DNA from: Marinifilaceae bacterium
GTDB lineage: Bacteria > Bacteroidota > Bacteroidia > Bacteroidales > Marinifilaceae
Assembly: GCA_017936285.1 (NCBI GenBank)
Contig: JAGBFU010000082.1
Location: 66,650-130,649, forward strand
Length of the DNA: 64,000 nt
Direction of reading: 5' to 3'
The position numbers and the translations under genes are program-made. How positions within the stretch are numbered: position 1 is the first letter of the stretch; every line of letters begins with the position of its first letter. Under the pieces are notes generated by a model that was not told the DNA's origin, did not search any database, and saw only the letters and a program-made list of their open reading frames with translations. This document shows positions 48,154 to 58,009 of this stretch, piece by piece.

Positions 48154-48858
48154 ATGCAGGACACTTTAGGGATGCTTACAGATAGTCTGACTATAATCAA
48201 CAGTGAATATGTGGCTATGCCACTAAACACTATAGAACCCCGTACAGAATACCTATACGGGTTGATTGTTGGTGCAATATTCATGGCAACCATAGCCATA
48301 TTGCGCTTGAGCGATTACACCCTATTCAAAAACATCCTTACCGGAATGTTCCGTTATAAAAATTCAGAGAACCTGCTTGGAACAGGATTTGCCACTCTGG
48401 GCCATCGTTTCATATTACTGCTTCTCTCGGCAATGATGATCTCTATTGAGATATCATATATCACAACATCATCACTACTTACTCTGACAACACTTTTTAC
48501 ATTCCTTGCCATTATAGCAATACACTATCTGACAATAGGTGTGTACCAATATTTGGGATGGACCTTTAATAATCAACCGTTGGCAGCTATCGCCTCAATG
48601 AATTTATGGCTATCAAACATATCGTTCGGTGTAATTACATCGCCATTCATATTATCCCTCTTTTTTGCGCGCCCCGCATGGCATGAAACTCTTATAAAAA
48701 TAACTCTCATTCTTGCATTACTTCTCTTTATTGTAAGAATTTTCAGGTGGATACGAATATTATTTCAAAATAGAGTTTTTATTTTGTATTTGATTTTGTA
48801 CCTTTGCGGTCTTGAAATTGCACCCTTAATTTTGCTTATAAAATTTGTCGGTCAATAG
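48154..48858 (+). CDS. multi-pass membrane protein (DUF4271-like)
   Basis: It has about 6 TM segments. Its position between polA and the hemD-like gene is as in other Bacteroidales. The family assignment is from memory only. Confidence 0.5.
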   Translation: MQDTLGMLTDSLTIINSEYVAMPLNTIEPRTEYLYGLIVGAIFMATIAILRLSDYTLFKNILTGMFRYKNSENLLGTGFATLGHRFILLLLSAMMISIEISYITTSSLLTLTTLFTFLAIIAIHYLTIGVYQYLGWTFNNQPLAAIASMNLWLSNISFGVITSPFILSLFFARPAWHETLIKITLILALLLFIVRIFRWIRILFQNRVFILYLILYLCGLEIAPLILLIKFVGQ

Positions 48859-48890
48859 AAAAATGTCAAACGCGCAAAAACAATAAAGTC

Positions 48891-49652
48891 TTGAAAATCA
48901 AAAAAATACTCGTATCGCAACCAAAACCTGCGAACGATAAGAATCCTTACTCAGACCTTGCTGATCAGTATGGTCTTTCATTGAATTTTCAATCTTTTAT
49001 TAAGGTTGAGGGAGTATCTATTAAAGAATTTCGTCAATACCACATCAATATTTTGGACTATTCTGCCATTATTTTGACCAGTAAAGTGGCTATTGACACC
49101 CTTTTTAGCCTGTGCAAAGAGTTAAGAATTACTCTACCCGATACTATGAAATATTTCTGCGTAACCGAAGCGATAGCTCTCTATCTTCAGAAGTATATCA
49201 TATATCGTAAACGTAAAATTTTCCATGGTGAAAAGGCTATTGAGGATTTGACTAAGGTATTTGTAAAAAACAAAAATGAGAATTTCCTTCTTCCGATGTC
49301 GGACATTCACAAAGAGACTATACCTGAGTTTCTTGATAAATTGAATATCAAATATACAAAAGCTGTTTTTTACAGAACTGTCTCTGCCAATTTGAAGGAT
49401 AGTGTGAATCCAAAGGATTATGACATTCTTGCATTCTATACTCCTGCCGGAATCAAATCTCTGTTCCAGAACTTCGAAAATTTTGAGCAAGGCGAAACAG
49501 CTATTGCTGCATTTGGTCAGGCAACATGGAAGGCAGTTGAGGATGCCGGTCTAAGATTGGATATCAAAGCTCCAACTGTACAATTCCCCTCAATGACAAT
49601 GGCATTAGAGGATTATATTAAACGATATAACAAAGAGCACAAAACAAAATGA
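48891..49652 (+). CDS. uroporphyrinogen-III synthase (HemD) family protein, TTG start
   Basis: The N-terminus (MKIKKILVSQPKPANDKNPYSDL) is typical of the Bacteroidota HemD-like family. The only start codon at this conserved N-terminus is TTG at 48891. Confidence 0.7.
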   Translation: MKIKKILVSQPKPANDKNPYSDLADQYGLSLNFQSFIKVEGVSIKEFRQYHINILDYSAIILTSKVAIDTLFSLCKELRITLPDTMKYFCVTEAIALYLQKYIIYRKRKIFHGEKAIEDLTKVFVKNKNENFLLPMSDIHKETIPEFLDKLNIKYTKAVFYRTVSANLKDSVNPKDYDILAFYTPAGIKSLFQNFENFEQGETAIAAFGQATWKAVEDAGLRLDIKAPTVQFPSMTMALEDYIKRYNKEHKTK

Positions 49653-50029
49653 TTCGTCAAACGCTTTGCAAAGCGGAACGATTATACCACAGAAAACTGT
49701 TCGAGGAGTTACTGAACTCCAAGAGCAGTTTTGTTAAATATCCGCTAAGGGTTGTCTACACGGAAAGCTCGCTACCCGGTGAGTTTCCCATCAGAATGGC
49801 CGTTAGTGTAGGTAAAAAACGATTCAAACGTGCTAACAAAAGGAACAGAGTCAAACGTCTTGTTCGTGAAGCATACCGCCAATACAAGCCGGAAATCTAC
49901 TCTAAAATCGGCGATAGGCACATTGACATTCTATTCATCTTCCTTGATACAAAACTTCCGGAGTTCGATACCGTAAAGAAGAGTGTACAGACATTAATGG
50001 ATAAAATTATAGAGAGAATAGAGTCATGA
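49649..50029 (+). CDS. rnpA: ribonuclease P protein component
   Basis: 126-aa basic protein with [13 protein letters not shown]. It has an ATGA overlap with the upstream gene. Confidence 0.88.
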   Translation: MIRQTLCKAERLYHRKLFEELLNSKSSFVKYPLRVVYTESSLPGEFPIRMAVSVGKKRFKRANKRNRVKRLVREAYRQYKPEIYSKIGDRHIDILFIFLDTKLPEFDTVKKSVQTLMDKIIERIES

Positions 50030-50256
50030 AAAGAGTATCTGAATTTATCTCAAAACTGCTAATACTTGCCATTAAGTTTTACAAATACGCCATATCGCCT
50101 CACCTTCCACCTACATGCAGATTCACTCCCAGTTGCTCACAATATGCAATGGAGGCTCTGAAAAAGCATGGGCCAATAAAGGGTATATATCTTACAATCA
50201 AAAGATTATTACGTTGCCACCCGTGGGGAGGAAGTGGTTATGATCCTGTACCATAA
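50026..50256 (+). CDS. yidD: membrane protein insertion efficiency factor YidD
   Basis: It has [15 protein letters not shown] and [13 protein letters not shown]. Confidence 0.93.
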   Translation: MKRVSEFISKLLILAIKFYKYAISPHLPPTCRFTPSCSQYAMEALKKHGPIKGIYLTIKRLLRCHPWGGSGYDPVP

Positions 50257-50309
50257 AGTTATTTAACTACTTTTACATATTTTTATTTCATTATTTGAGC
50301 AATAAAAAC

Positions 50310-50317
50310 TAATTTTG
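50310..50317 (+). promoter_or_regulatory. -7 promoter box (TAATTTTG) for the second S41 peptidase
   Basis: It matches TAnnTTTG and lies 27 nt upstream of the ATG at 50345. Confidence 0.35.
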
Positions 50318-50344
50318 GCAAAACATATTCAAAAGGAGGAAAAT

Positions 50345-51994
50345 ATGATAAAATTTGCACGATTTATTTTACTCTCTGTTATTGCTGTATTTGGCGCAAC
50401 ATCAATTAGTTACGCCCAGCAAACAGACGAACAGCGCCACTTCAAGGTAACCAAGGCGCTTAATACACACAACATGCTACTCCGCGAAGTTAATCGCCTA
50501 TACGTAGATACCGTTGATGTCGAGAAGATGGTTGAAGCCGGTATTAACGCAATGCTGGCAACACTGGATCCATATACTGTCTTCTATCCCGAAACCAATA
50601 TTGACGAAGTTAAATTGATGACCAAGGGAGAGTACGGTGGTATCGGAGCTGTAATAGGAATGAACAAAGATAAAGAGATTATCATTCGTGAACCATATCG
50701 TGGCACTCCATCATATAAAGCAAAGTTGCTCCCTGGCGACGTAATGATGAGCATTAATGGCATTGATATGGCAGGAAAGGCAACTATTGATGCTACCAAT
50801 ATTCTGCGCGGTCCTGCAGGTGAAGAGCTGGAAATTAAAATAAAACGAGGAGATGAAAAACCATTCATAGTGAAATTGGTTCGTGAAAAAATTCAACTTC
50901 CAAATATCCCATATTATGGTATTATCCGCGACACTATTGGCTACATATATCTAAGCAGCTTTACAGAAACAGCAGCAAAAGATGTCAGAAATGCCCTACT
51001 TGATTTGAAATCGCAAGGAGCAAAAGCAATTGTTCTGGACCTCAGAAATAATGGAGGAGGTCTTATGGATCAAGCTATCGAGATTGTAAGCATGTTTGTA
51101 CCTAAAGGATCTCCAGTTGTAAGCGTTAAGGGGCGAATTCCTCAAATCAATAAAGAGATGAAAACAACCCAAAATCCGATAATGCCCGATATGCCACTGG
51201 CAATACTTATCAATAGCGGTACTGCATCAGCATCCGAGATTGTTTCAGGAGCTCTACAAGACATGGATAGAGCCGTTCTGATTGGAACTCGTTCACTTGG
51301 AAAAGGATTGGTACAGAACGTACGCCCACTGCCATACAATACTCAACTGAAAGTTACCACAGCAAAGTATTACATTCCAAGTGGTCGCTGCGTTCAGGCA
51401 ATTGATTACTCACACAAAGACGAAAATGGAAATGCAACCGCTCTGCCTGATTCACTCAGAAAAGAGTTCAGGACAAATGGTGGACGAATAGTATATGATG
51501 GAGCAGGAATTGACCCAGATATTGTTATCAAAGACTCTGCATTTCAATTACTTACACAAGAATTAGTTCTTAATGATTATATATTTGACTTCGTTAATGA
51601 GTATGCAAACAATAATACAGCTCCTGAAGATGTAAATGAATACGTTATACCTACTTCTATATATGACGAGTTCACCAAATATGTATTAAAACAGGATTTT
51701 GATTATATCACAAGAGGATCTAATCTTATTGATGGCGTCAGTAAAGCCTTTGAGAACGAGAATTACCCTGAGGAGGTTACTAACCTTATCCAGAAACTAA
51801 AAGAGGCTGTAAAGCCAAATTTAGAGGGTGATATGGCAAAATATAAGGACGAGATAATGGAGGCCCTGATTGGTCAGCTCATAACAAGGTATTACGATAA
51901 CGAAGGATATATAGAATTTACTGTAAAAAATCAAGATAAATATATTGACAAGGCAATAGAGGGATTAAATAGTGATATTCTTAAAGTCCAATAA
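50345..51994 (+). CDS. S41 family peptidase (second paralogue in the window)
   Basis: I set the start at the in-frame ATG giving the signal peptide MIKFARFILLSVIAVFGATSISYAQ (the track start at 50315 is non-ATG). It has a PDZ region and S41 blocks (VLDLRNNGGG, TASASEIVSGALQD, GKGLVQ). Confidence 0.85.
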   Translation: MIKFARFILLSVIAVFGATSISYAQQTDEQRHFKVTKALNTHNMLLREVNRLYVDTVDVEKMVEAGINAMLATLDPYTVFYPETNIDEVKLMTKGEYGGIGAVIGMNKDKEIIIREPYRGTPSYKAKLLPGDVMMSINGIDMAGKATIDATNILRGPAGEELEIKIKRGDEKPFIVKLVREKIQLPNIPYYGIIRDTIGYIYLSSFTETAAKDVRNALLDLKSQGAKAIVLDLRNNGGGLMDQAIEIVSMFVPKGSPVVSVKGRIPQINKEMKTTQNPIMPDMPLAILINSGTASASEIVSGALQDMDRAVLIGTRSLGKGLVQNVRPLPYNTQLKVTTAKYYIPSGRCVQAIDYSHKDENGNATALPDSLRKEFRTNGGRIVYDGAGIDPDIVIKDSAFQLLTQELVLNDYIFDFVNEYANNNTAPEDVNEYVIPTSIYDEFTKYVLKQDFDYITRGSNLIDGVSKAFENENYPEEVTNLIQKLKEAVKPNLEGDMAKYKDEIMEALIGQLITRYYDNEGYIEFTVKNQDKYIDKAIEGLNSDILKVQ

Positions 51995-52000
51995 GATAGA

Positions 52001-53809
52001 TTATCCATTTGGATGAAAATAATCATATATGATTGCAGCCCGCTTAGCACCTACGCAGGCTGCAATCTCTTTTATATCAGCACTCTTAATTCTTTCAACA
52101 CTCTTAAAACTCTGCAAAAGACTCTTCTCTGCAGCAGGGCCTATACCCTTTATTTTCCGTAATTCGCTGTCTATCTGCGACTTACTTCTAAGATTTCTAT
52201 GAAAAGTAATAGCAAATCTATGTGCCTCATCACGTATTTGCATCAGAACTCTCAGAGTATCAGACTTTTTCGATAAAATCCAAGGTTCACTATCACCAGG
52301 GAAGTATATCTCCTCAAGACGCTCCGCCAAACCAAGAATTGAAATTTTACCTCTTAAATTCAACCTATCAAGTGCAGTAAGTGCAGCGCCTAATTGTCCC
52401 TTTCCTCCATCTATGACAATCAAATCAGGAAGAGGCAATCCCTCATCAAGAACCCTTGCATATCTTCTGTATACAATCTCTTCCATAGAGGCAAAATCAT
52501 TAGCACCTACAACACTCTTTACATGAAACTTTCTATACTCCCGTTTTGCCGGTTTGCCATCAATAAATACAACACAAGAAGAGACCGGATTTGTTCCTTG
52601 AGTATTTGAATTATCAAAGCACTCTATTCTTCTTGGCTGAACAGGAAGTTTCAACTCACCTACCATAGTATTCATTAACACATCTGCATTATCGACAGAA
52701 TCACGTCTTACTGTTCTTTGTCGCTCCCTGTCTGCTTTAAATTGCTTGGCATTCCTCTCAGACAGCTCAAGCAGATGACGCTTCTCTCCAATTTGTGGTA
52801 TTGTATAATGAACACGATCAAGCTGAATATCGGGATAGAATGGTACAATAATCTCCCTGGCACTACTCTGAACCAACTCCCTGATTTCAAAAATCACAAA
52901 TGATAAAATAGCATCATTCTCCTCGTCCAATTTACGCTCTACCTCGATTGTGTGAACCTTATTAACAGAACCATGCTCTACACCTAGATAATTTACATAG
53001 ATGAATCTATCGGACTCTATAAAACTAAATACATCTATAGAGTCATCAGTAGAACGAACAATTGTAGATTTTGATCTATAATCGCGCAATAAATCTGCCG
53101 CTATCTTCATCTCATTTGCCTTCTCAAATTGAAAATTTAAGGCATACAAAGACTCTCGCTCAGATAGAAAAGTAATAACCTCTGAAAGATTACCCTTTAA
53201 AATATTTCTTATCTGAGCTATATTCTCGTCATATTCTGCTCTTGAAATTCCTCCTATACATGGAGCATCGCAATTGTGAATATGATACTCAAGACATGGC
53301 TTAAATCTTTTAGAATCCGATAAAATATTTGGAATATTCAAATTACAACTCCTCAATTTGTACAATGATTTTATCAGCTTCATCAAGACATTTGCAAATT
53401 TCACCGAGGTATAAGGACCAAAATATTCCGATTCTGTTCTATTAAATCTACGTGTAATTTCAACTCTTGGGAAGGGCTCCTTTCTTATTGCTATCCAGGG
53501 ATAGGTCTTATCATCCTTAAGTAAAATATTGTATTTAGGCTTATGTTCCTTGATAAGATTATTCTCTAAAAGCAATGCATCCTGCTCCGACGATACAACT
53601 GTATATTTTAAGTCAGCAATTTTTTTTACAAGAACAGAAGTCTTGGATGTTTGATTACTTTTATTCAGATATGAAGAAACTCTGCTCTTCAAATTCTTTG
53701 CCTTACCGATATAGATCACCTTACCGGAAGCATCAAAATATTGATAGACCCCCGGCTCGCTTGGAAGATTACGAACCTTCTCTCGTAAATTATCATCATA
53801 TAAGGCCAT
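52001..53809 (-). CDS. uvrC: excinuclease ABC subunit C
   Basis: It has a GIY-YIG N-terminus (GVYQYFDASGKVIYIGKAKNLKSRV), a UVR domain and a C-terminal HhH. Confidence 0.95.
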   Translation of the reverse strand: MALYDDNLREKVRNLPSEPGVYQYFDASGKVIYIGKAKNLKSRVSSYLNKSNQTSKTSVLVKKIADLKYTVVSSEQDALLLENNLIKEHKPKYNILLKDDKTYPWIAIRKEPFPRVEITRRFNRTESEYFGPYTSVKFANVLMKLIKSLYKLRSCNLNIPNILSDSKRFKPCLEYHIHNCDAPCIGGISRAEYDENIAQIRNILKGNLSEVITFLSERESLYALNFQFEKANEMKIAADLLRDYRSKSTIVRSTDDSIDVFSFIESDRFIYVNYLGVEHGSVNKVHTIEVERKLDEENDAILSFVIFEIRELVQSSAREIIVPFYPDIQLDRVHYTIPQIGEKRHLLELSERNAKQFKADRERQRTVRRDSVDNADVLMNTMVGELKLPVQPRRIECFDNSNTQGTNPVSSCVVFIDGKPAKREYRKFHVKSVVGANDFASMEEIVYRRYARVLDEGLPLPDLIVIDGGKGQLGAALTALDRLNLRGKISILGLAERLEEIYFPGDSEPWILSKKSDTLRVLMQIRDEAHRFAITFHRNLRSKSQIDSELRKIKGIGPAAEKSLLQSFKSVERIKSADIKEIAACVGAKRAAIIYDYFHPNG

Positions 53810-53907
53810 AAAATGCTCTATTTTGAGAATTCAATATTTAAGAGTTAATTGACTTAGATACGTAAATATTAAAAAACTAAAAACGTTTTTTTTTACAACT
53901 CATTACC

Positions 53908-55566
53908 TCAATAATTATCTATAAAAGAGAAACTCCTAAAATCAAATAGTCCCCTCTCGCCCAACTTTATCTCTGGTATAACAATTAAAGAAAGAAATGA
54001 AAGGGTCATAAACGGATCGTACAAATCCGACCCCGACATCTTAACTCTCCTCTTCAATGAGGTAAAAATTTTGTTCACATATTCTCCGGATCTATCCGAG
54101 ATAATTCCCCCAATAGGTAATGGTAAAATTGTAACCTTACCGCCTTCTGAGTATGACAAACCGCCCTTATACTCTATAACTTTGTTTATAGCCTTAAGCA
54201 GATCACTATCATTTGTACCTACAGCCAATATATTATGAGAGTCATGCGATATTGTGGATGCTATTGCACCACGTTTCATATTAAAACCTCTCACATAAGC
54301 AATCTGGGGAGCTGTATCAGAACTATATCTATTGAGATAAACAAGTTTCAAAATATCATCATCGAGCGATGCCTCAAAATTCTCAAATTCTCTATCAATT
54401 GAAAATTTGAATGGAACTGTTAACAACTGATTTTTGACAATCTCTATTCCAAGATGCTCTCCGCAAATCATATTTTTTCTGAGATCTGTCAAAGCCAAAG
54501 AACCTCGCTTAAATTTATTTATTGAGACATTAACTACACAAGTTTCATCTATCTCTTGCGAATGTGAATTCTTTTCCTCCTTATTCAGGTCATATACACA
54601 TCTACCTCCAACATACACCTGCAATGGTTCAAAGGTTCTAATACTCTTCACAACTTGAAAATCGGCTGAATCGGAAACTCTTAAAACACCTACAGGGAGA
54701 GAGTAATGTTCAACAGGATTAAGTGAAGCAGCTCTCAAAACATCGAATATATTATATCCATCTTTAACTGCACGTTTTACCAACTTATCAATATGCCCAA
54801 CGCGTAACAATGTATCCGGATGAGAATCATCAGTACAAAACATAACCGAATCAGGATAATCAGCAATCAAACATTTTAATCCATCATAATTATCAACTGC
54901 ACTTCCCCACCTGATTAAAATCTTAATGCCCGATTTTATCTTCTCCTCCCCCTCCTTAGCTGAGACACATTCATGGTCAGTTGAAATTCCGGCTGCCGCA
55001 TACTTCAACAATTCATCTCCACTCAACAGAGGAGCATGGCCATCTACAACCATACCACAATTTCTGACAGCCTCTATTTTTCCTATCATATCACCATCCT
55101 CATTGATTACAGAAGGTACATCCATAACTTCAGAGAGTCCGACAAACTTACCACTATTAGCCAATATTGCCACATCAGAACTATCTATCACCGCTCCTGA
55201 TCCATCAAAACATGTAGAGGGGACACACGATGGTATTGTAAAGAAAACCTTACACAAGGAACTCAATTCTGCATTCTTAACCATAGCCAATACTCCAGAG
55301 ACTCCTGTTACATTAGCTATCTCATGAGGGTCTGTAACCACCGCAACTGTTCCACGTGGAACAACTAATTTAGAAAACTCTTGAGGCATCAACATCGAAC
55401 TCTCAATATGAACATGAGAATCTACAAAACCCGGTATAATATAATTATCGAACTTCTTATCATGAACTCTCTCTATAGAGAGAATTACACCATTGTCAAA
55501 TTTAATTTTTGCTGGATAGATATCGCGCTGATATATATCAACCAAGTTACCTGTTACAGTCTTCAT
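53908..55566 (-). CDS. ade: adenine deaminase
   Basis: 552-aa amidohydrolase with the metal motif GFVDSHVHIESSM and the two-domain length typical of Ade. Confidence 0.85.
   Translation of the reverse strand: MKTVTGNLVDIYQRDIYPAKIKFDNGVILSIERVHDKKFDNYIIPGFVDSHVHIESSMLMPQEFSKLVVPRGTVAVVTDPHEIANVTGVSGVLAMVKNAELSSLCKVFFTIPSCVPSTCFDGSGAVIDSSDVAILANSGKFVGLSEVMDVPSVINEDGDMIGKIEAVRNCGMVVDGHAPLLSGDELLKYAAAGISTDHECVSAKEGEEKIKSGIKILIRWGSAVDNYDGLKCLIADYPDSVMFCTDDSHPDTLLRVGHIDKLVKRAVKDGYNIFDVLRAASLNPVEHYSLPVGVLRVSDSADFQVVKSIRTFEPLQVYVGGRCVYDLNKEEKNSHSQEIDETCVVNVSINKFKRGSLALTDLRKNMICGEHLGIEIVKNQLLTVPFKFSIDREFENFEASLDDDILKLVYLNRYSSDTAPQIAYVRGFNMKRGAIASTISHDSHNILAVGTNDSDLLKAINKVIEYKGGLSYSEGGKVTILPLPIGGIISDRSGEYVNKIFTSLKRRVKMSGSDLYDPFMTLSFLSLIVIPEIKLGERGLFDFRSFSFIDNY
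55348..55363. promoter_or_regulatory. perfect 16-bp palindrome TGTTCCACGTGGAACA inside the ade CDS (candidate intragenic operator)
   Basis: It is an exact copy of the intergenic palindrome 331 bp away. It encodes V-P-R-G-T of Ade. Confidence 0.5.
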
Positions 55567-55678
55567 AATAAAGAATTAAATTTATAAGAATCTGCTTAAT
55601 TTTATTGCTAATTTATTTCTTGAACTACCTACAATAGTTTAGGGCTCCTTGAGAAATAGATTTTAAACAGTATTTAAT

Positions 55679-55694
55679 TGTTCCACGTGGAACA
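55679..55694. promoter_or_regulatory. perfect 16-bp palindrome TGTTCCACGTGGAACA upstream of ade (candidate operator)
   Basis: It is an exact 16/16 repeat of 55348..55363. It has a central CG and TG...CA ends, abuts the mnmG stop and lies about 113 bp upstream of the ade ATG. Confidence 0.5.
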
Positions 55695-57578
55695 TTATCG
55701 CCCCATCAAAACCAAAAGAACACTAATATCAGCAGGCGATACTCCACTAATTCTTGAAGCTTGACCTAAAGTTTTAGGTTGAATCTTCTCAAGTTTCTGT
55801 CGTGCTTCTGTTGATAAATTTTGAATATTCATATAATCAAATTTACCTTCAATTTTCAAATTTTCAAGTCTACTGAATTTATCTACAAGTAACTTCTCTC
55901 TTTCAATATAACCTGAATACTTGAGTAAAATCTCAGCCGATTCAACAGCCTCGTCTGAAATATCAGAATTAAAAATAAACTCTTTTAAAGGGGTAATAAA
56001 ATTACATAAGATATTTATTGTTAATTCAGGTCTTGATAATAATTCAGACAACTTACAACCCTGACGAAGAGGTGTTACTGATAATTCATTAAGAAACGGA
56101 TTTACAACAGAGGCTTTCACACTAAAATTCTTAATAAACTCTATTAGGGAATCACGCTTAGAGATCTTATCCTGATAAACTGAAAATCTATAATCAGAAA
56201 CCAAACCAATTGCCTTTCCAAGCGGTGTCAATCTATCATCAGCATTATCCTGACGTAACAAAATTCTATACTCTGCTCTTGATGTGAACATTCTATAAGG
56301 CTCATCAACTCCCTTTGTAACCAAATCATCTATTAGAACACCGATATATCCATCCGACCTGGTTAACGAAACCATATCCTTATCATTAGAAAACAGGTGA
56401 GCATTTATTCCGGCAATTAATCCCTGAGCTGCAGCCTCCTCATAACCTGTAGTACCATTAATCTGACCTGCAAAAAAAAGATTTGGGATTAATTTGGTCT
56501 GTAAAGTATGGAACAATTGGGTAGGTGGAAAATAATCGTACTCAATTGCATATCCGGGACGATAAATTTTAACATTCTCAAATCCCTCCACTTTACGTAA
56601 AGCAGCAAGCTGAACATCCCATGGTAAAGATGAAGAGAAACCATTTAGATAGTATTCATTAGTATCCTCACCTTCTGGTTCAAGAAATAGGTGATGTGAA
56701 TTTTTTTCTGAAAAGGTATCAAGTTTTGTCTCTATACTTGGACAATATCGAGGACCTATACTTTTGATAGTTCCATTGAACAAAGGACTATCGTCAAATC
56801 CTGTTCTCAGAATATTATGAACCTCTTCATTAGTATAGGCAATATAACATGGTCGTTGTTTAAGCGATTTGTTTGATGAATCTAAATATGAAAATTTATG
56901 GAAATCATCATCACCATACTGAATAGTCAATTTATCAAAATCAATACTTCTGCCGTCAATTCTTAATGGTGTCCCTGTCTTCATTCTACCGGTCTCAAAA
57001 CCGAATTCGGAGAGTTGTTCGGTTATACCTGTAGAGGATGGTTCAGAAATTCTACCACCTTCAAAACTAACTTTACCTACATGCATCAAGCCGTTAAGAA
57101 AAGTTCCATTTGTCAAAACTACGGTATCGGCAGAAAAGGAGATTCCTAATGCTGTAACAACACCTTTTACTACTCCAGCATCTATTATCAAACTAACAAC
57201 ATTATCCTGAAAAAGATCAAGATTCTCACACTTTTCAAGTACAGAACGCCATTCAGCTGAGAACTTCATACGGTCACATTGTGAACGAGGACTCCACATT
57301 GCAGGCCCTTTTGACCTATTCAACATTCTGAATTGAATTGAACTTCTATCGGTAACAATAGCTGTCATACCACCAAGAGCATCAATTTCACGTACCAATT
57401 GTCCCTTAGCAATACCACCAATAGCAGGATTACAACTCATTTGTGCAATCTTCTGCATATCCAATGTTATCAACAAAGTTTTTGAACCCAGATTTGCAGC
57501 GGCCATAGCAGCTTCACAGCCGGCATGACCTGCTCCAACCACAATAACATTATAATGTGGCATCAAATTATTCATCAT
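55695..57578 (-). CDS. mnmG: tRNA uridine-5-carboxymethylaminomethyl(34) synthesis enzyme MnmG
   Basis: 627-aa ORF with an FAD motif (VIVVGAGHAGCEAA) and the MnmG-typical MSCNPAIGG. Confidence 0.96.
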   Translation of the reverse strand: MMNNLMPHYNVIVVGAGHAGCEAAMAAANLGSKTLLITLDMQKIAQMSCNPAIGGIAKGQLVREIDALGGMTAIVTDRSSIQFRMLNRSKGPAMWSPRSQCDRMKFSAEWRSVLEKCENLDLFQDNVVSLIIDAGVVKGVVTALGISFSADTVVLTNGTFLNGLMHVGKVSFEGGRISEPSSTGITEQLSEFGFETGRMKTGTPLRIDGRSIDFDKLTIQYGDDDFHKFSYLDSSNKSLKQRPCYIAYTNEEVHNILRTGFDDSPLFNGTIKSIGPRYCPSIETKLDTFSEKNSHHLFLEPEGEDTNEYYLNGFSSSLPWDVQLAALRKVEGFENVKIYRPGYAIEYDYFPPTQLFHTLQTKLIPNLFFAGQINGTTGYEEAAAQGLIAGINAHLFSNDKDMVSLTRSDGYIGVLIDDLVTKGVDEPYRMFTSRAEYRILLRQDNADDRLTPLGKAIGLVSDYRFSVYQDKISKRDSLIEFIKNFSVKASVVNPFLNELSVTPLRQGCKLSELLSRPELTINILCNFITPLKEFIFNSDISDEAVESAEILLKYSGYIEREKLLVDKFSRLENLKIEGKFDYMNIQNLSTEARQKLEKIQPKTLGQASRISGVSPADISVLLVLMGR

Positions 57579-58009
57579 ACACCAACCAAATTTAGCAAAT
57601 TAAGGCAATTAGCCTCCTGCTCTCGCATTATCTTAGACTCCTCAGTAGATTTATCCTTAAAACCTATCAAATGTAAAATTCCGTGAGAAAACACTCTGTT
57701 GAACTCCTCCTCAAAACTAGTAGAGAATTGTTCAGAATTGGATTTTACCGTATCAATACTGATATAAATATCACCACTGATTATATCTCTTCTACAATAA
57801 TCAAATGTTATTATATCGGTATAATAGTCATGATTTAAAAATTCTCTATTAACCTCTATAATTTTGTCATCATTACAATAAATAAAAGAGAGGCGTCCCA
57901 CCCTCTTGCCGTAATGTTTACATATTATCTCAAGCCATTTGGAAAACCTCTCATAAGAATAAAAAAAAGGAGGCTCCACGTCTTCAAACTCAATTAACAA
58001 CCTACTCAT
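57575..58009 (-). CDS. ybeY: rRNA maturation RNase YbeY
   Basis: It has the Zn motif HGILHLIGFKD. It has an ATGA overlap with mnmG. Confidence 0.92.
   Translation of the reverse strand: MSRLLIEFEDVEPPFFYSYERFSKWLEIICKHYGKRVGRLSFIYCNDDKIIEVNREFLNHDYYTDIITFDYCRRDIISGDIYISIDTVKSNSEQFSTSFEEEFNRVFSHGILHLIGFKDKSTEESKIMREQEANCLNLLNLVGV

Noticed and set aside
13967-51994. The two S41 peptidase genes (13967..15580 and 50345..51994) as a recent duplication or repeat.
   Set aside because: The proteins share only family-level motifs (NGGG, SASA(A/S)EI, GKGLVQ). The nucleotide sequences are not detectably repeated, so these are ordinary ancient paralogues.
55679-55694. The intergenic palindrome as merely the mnmG intrinsic terminator.
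   Set aside because: The hairpin would have a minimal loop and no U-tract, and an identical copy lies inside the ade coding sequence. A terminator role alone cannot explain the pair.
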